A stretch of DNA of 64,000 nt from an uncultured Actinomycetota bacterium. GTDB taxonomy: Bacteria; Actinomycetota; Actinomycetes; Streptosporangiales; Streptosporangiaceae. The DNA lies in assembly GCA_963737285.1 (NCBI GenBank), contig CAVTRT010000001.1:290578-354577 (forward strand). The letters run 5' to 3'. Made by a program: the position numbers and the translations under genes. The notes under the pieces were generated by a model. It did no database searches, was not told the origin of the DNA, and worked only from the letters and a program-made list of their open reading frames with translations. Below are positions 61,204 to 64,000 of the stretch, in pieces (position 1 is the first letter of the stretch; each line of letters begins with the position of its first letter).

Positions 61204-61392
61204 CTAGCCGCTCGTCAGCATGAGGTAGCCGAAGAAGGCCCCGGCCACTGCCGCCCCGAGCAGGAGGATCGCCGCCGCGAGAGATAGCAGCGTGATGCGC
61301 AGGCCGCGCCGCTGCCTGATCCCTGCTTCCTGCCTGGCGGCCATCACATCGACCGCTGCGCTCAAGTCCGCCAGTTCCGCACGCTCGCTCAC
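61204..61392 (-). CDS. Small single-TM hypothetical protein
   Basis: 62 aa, GGGAG RBS, C-terminal hydrophobic helix. Confidence 0.5.
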   Translation of the reverse strand: MSERAELADLSAAVDVMAARQEAGIRQRRGLRITLLSLAAAILLLGAAVAGAFFGYLMLTSG

Positions 61393-61496
61393 TTCACGCT
61401 CCCCTGCCTAACTGTCGTGGACCCGGTGGCCGACCCGCCATGCAGGGCTCCGCGACAGGCGACCATCATTCCGATCGTCACTGGGTGTTTATGTTA

Positions 61497-61511
61497 ACTA
61501 CTCAGTGTAAT
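61497..61511. promoter_or_regulatory. BldD-box-like palindrome upstream of CapD-like gene
   Basis: ACTACTCAGTGTAAT, 1 mismatch. Confidence 0.55.
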
Positions 61512-61585
61512 ATCGCGGCCTGGGGACGGCGTCGCTAGCCGGGTGTCATGGCGCGCCGTGCAGTACCGGAGAACAGGGGGAATAC

Positions 61586-63471
61586 GTGAATACGAAGGCG
61601 GTAGGCGCCGATTTGCCGATCTTCGGCGCGCGAAGCACCTCGGCTCGGCAGTGGCTCGCTGCCCGCGCTCGGCGGCTCATCTGGGCCGGGATCGAGGCAG
61701 GGTACGACGCGATCGTGTGGGTTTCTGGGCTGTGCTACGTGAGCTGGCTCGCCCACGACCTGCCGGGCATCGTGGCAAGCAAGCCAGTGCTTATCGCTAC
61801 GGTGCTGGTCATCTGCCTGCTGTCGGTGCTGTCTGGCCTGCTGGCGGGCCTCTACCGCGGCCGGCATCCGAGGGGCAGCCTCGATGAGGCGATCAGCGTG
61901 CTGCTCGCGGGCGGGCTGATGCTCGTGCCGCTCGCACTGCTCAGCCACGTGCTGTTCAGCGGACAGCGGCACCTGCTGCGGGTCCTGGTCGCAGCGGCCT
62001 TTATCGCGCTGCCCACCATCTTCGTGGCACGGTACGTGGTATCCGCCGCGCGGCAGCGCCCGTGGAGGCATCACAAGCGGTCCGCAGCCGGGGTCAAGAT
62101 CATCGTGTTCGGGGCAGGTGACGCTGGCACAGCGCTGATCCGGGCACTGCTGGCCGAGCCGCACTCGGCGTACCAGCCGGTCGCGCTCCTCGACGACGAC
62201 CCAGCCAAGCGCCGGCTGCGGGTGCATGGGGTCCCCGTGCTCGGCGACCGGACGAGAATGGCCGAGGTGGCCACCGCGACCGGCGCCACCGTGCTGGTGA
62301 TCGCGATCGCGCGGGCGAGCGGGACCGCCATCCGCGACCTCACGGCGCGGGCGGAAGAGTGCGGCGCATCCCCAAGGTGATCCCCACAACGACCGAACTG
62401 ATCAGCGGCGGCGCCCGGATCGAGGGAGTCCGCGACCCGCGGATCAGCGACCTGCTCGGCCGTCGGCCCGTCAGGACCGACATCGAGGCGATCGCCGGGC
62501 GCTTCGCCGGCCAGCGCATCCTCGTCACCGGGGCGGGCGGCTCGATCGGCTCTGAGCTGTGCCGCCAGTTGCACCAGTTCGCCCCCGGCGAGCTGATCAT
62601 GCTGGACAGGGACGAGTCGGCGCTACACGAGGTCCAGCTCACGCTGCACGGCCAGGCCCTGCTCGACTCCGACGAGACCGTGCTGGCCGACATCAGGGAC
62701 CCGCGGCGCGTCCGGGAGGTCTTCGAGCGGTTCCGGCCGCAGATCGTCTTCCACGCGGCTGCGCTCAAGCACCTGCCGCTCCTGGAGCGCTACCCGGGAG
62801 AGGCGGTGCAGAGCAACATCCTGGGGACCCAGACGGTGCTTGAGGCCGCCGCCGCGTGCGGCGCCGAGTCGTTCGTGAACATCTCCACGGACAAGGCCGC
62901 CGACCCGGTAAGCGTGCTCGGGTACTCCAAGAGGATCGCGGAGCGGCTCACCGCGCACATGGCCGGCCAGGCCGACGGAATGTACCTGAGCGTCCGTTTC
63001 GGCAACGTTCTCGGCAGTCGCGGTTCCGTGCTGCGCACGCTGTCCGCCCAGGTGAAGGCGGGCGGCCCGCTGACGGTAACGCACCCGGAGGTGTGCCGCT
63101 ACTTCATGACCGTGAACGAGGCCGTCCAGCTCGTTCTCCAGGCGGCTGTCGTCGGCGGCAGCGGTGAGGTGCTCATCCTCGACATGGGCGAGCCGGTAAG
63201 GATCGCCGACATCGCGCGCCGCCTGGCCGCGCAGTCCGTCCATCCGGTCGACATCGTCTACACCGGGCTGCGGCCCGGCGAGAAGCTGACTGAAGACCTG
63301 CTCGGCGGCGATGAGGTCGACCACCGGCCGCGCCATCCGCTCATCAGGCATGCTCAGGTCAAGCCACTTGACCCCGATGAGCTGTCTGGCCTGGTCCTGG
63401 ACGGCGAGGCTACGCTGCGGCGGCGGCTGGCGGAATACGCCCTGGCGGAAGTACCCGCGGCGACCCGCTAG
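61586..63471 (+). CDS. CapD/PglF-like nucleoside-diphosphate sugar dehydratase (frameshift ~62366)
   Basis: N-terminal TMs, GAGDAG, LDDDP; then DLLGR, VTGAGGSIGSELCRQ, HAAALKH.P, ISTDKA, VRFGNVLGSRGSV, GLRPGEKL. Confidence 0.9.
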
Positions 63472-64000
63472 TGCGGCCAGCCCAGCGCGGCGAGGTCGCG
63501 GGTAAGCCCGTCGAGCAGGCTGGCGGTGGCCCGGTAGCCCGCCAGCGGCCCGCCGTACGGGTCGGGCACGTCGTCGCCAGGACCGCTGCCAAGCAGGTCA
63601 CGGCGACTGCGGTCGCTGGCGGACCGCGCCAGCCAGGTGCCGAGCGGCTCGCCCGACACGCGGGCGCCGGCCTGCAGGCCCCGGCGCAGCAACTCGCGAA
63701 GCGTGAAGGCACGGGGCCAGGCCTGCGGCGCCAGCACGACAGCGTGCCGGACATGCTCCCTGGCCAGGCCAACAATCAGGTCCGCGGTGGCGAGGTCATC
63801 GGCCGTGACTCGCCGGCTGCGATGGCCGGTGACGTCGATTTCCCTGGCGGCCATGACCGCTATCACCTCAGGCGGCGGCCGCCGCCCGCCGTCGAGCAGC
63901 CCGGCCGAGGCAACGGAAACGGGGGCTGCCTGCGCCGCAAGCCGTCTCGACAGCATGGCCTGCGCCATGACCGACCGGCAGACATTAGCCGAGCAGAGCA
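63468..64000 (-). CDS. Low-molecular-weight protein-tyrosine phosphatase family protein, 5'-truncated by window edge
   Basis: CSANVCRS P-loop read at the window end, VASAG, DVPDPYG. Confidence 0.88.
   Translation of the reverse strand, partial: LCSANVCRSVMAQAMLSRRLAAQAAPVSVASAGLLDGGRRPPPEVIAVMAAREIDVTGHRSRRVTADDLATADLIVGLAREHVRHAVVLAPQAWPRAFTLRELLRRGLQAGARVSGEPLGTWLARSASDRSRRDLLGSGPGDDVPDPYGGPLAGYRATASLLDGLTRDLAALGWPH

Overview
High-GC actinomycete chromosomal window; gene order is consistent with a filamentous, possibly Streptosporangiales-like organism (inference). 1-3.9 kb is the right-hand end of an AICE-type integrative element (RepSA-like replication initiator, excisionase, tyrosine integrase, one HhH-like cargo gene) sitting at the 3' end of tRNA-Gly(CCC). 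4-35 kb is mostly core genome: dcd, an XRE/DUF397 module, HAIR-controlled dnaK-grpE-dnaJ-hspR plus clpB, an NYN protein, pyrE, dedA, fbaA, purA/D/B, murA, an aminotransferase, tRNA-Ser(CGA), tadA and a ROK protein. The most striking part is 35.6-61.2 kb, a ~25 kb cell-surface locus. It has three pairs of small secreted WxL-like subunit plus membrane-anchored DUF916-like partner, two ~2,900-aa lectin-tipped repeat proteins ending in the same WxL-like domain, and an LPxTA-tailed protein. Most of its promoter regions carry BldD-box-like palindromes. This looks like an actinobacterial, developmentally regulated counterpart of Firmicute csc/WxL clusters and may be a sortase-independent fibre/adhesin system (hypothesis). 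The window ends in a CapD-like gene and a low-molecular-weight phosphatase, likely the edge of a polysaccharide locus. Six small frameshifts are visible and are probably sequencing indels. All family assignments are by eye from motifs; no database searches were run.
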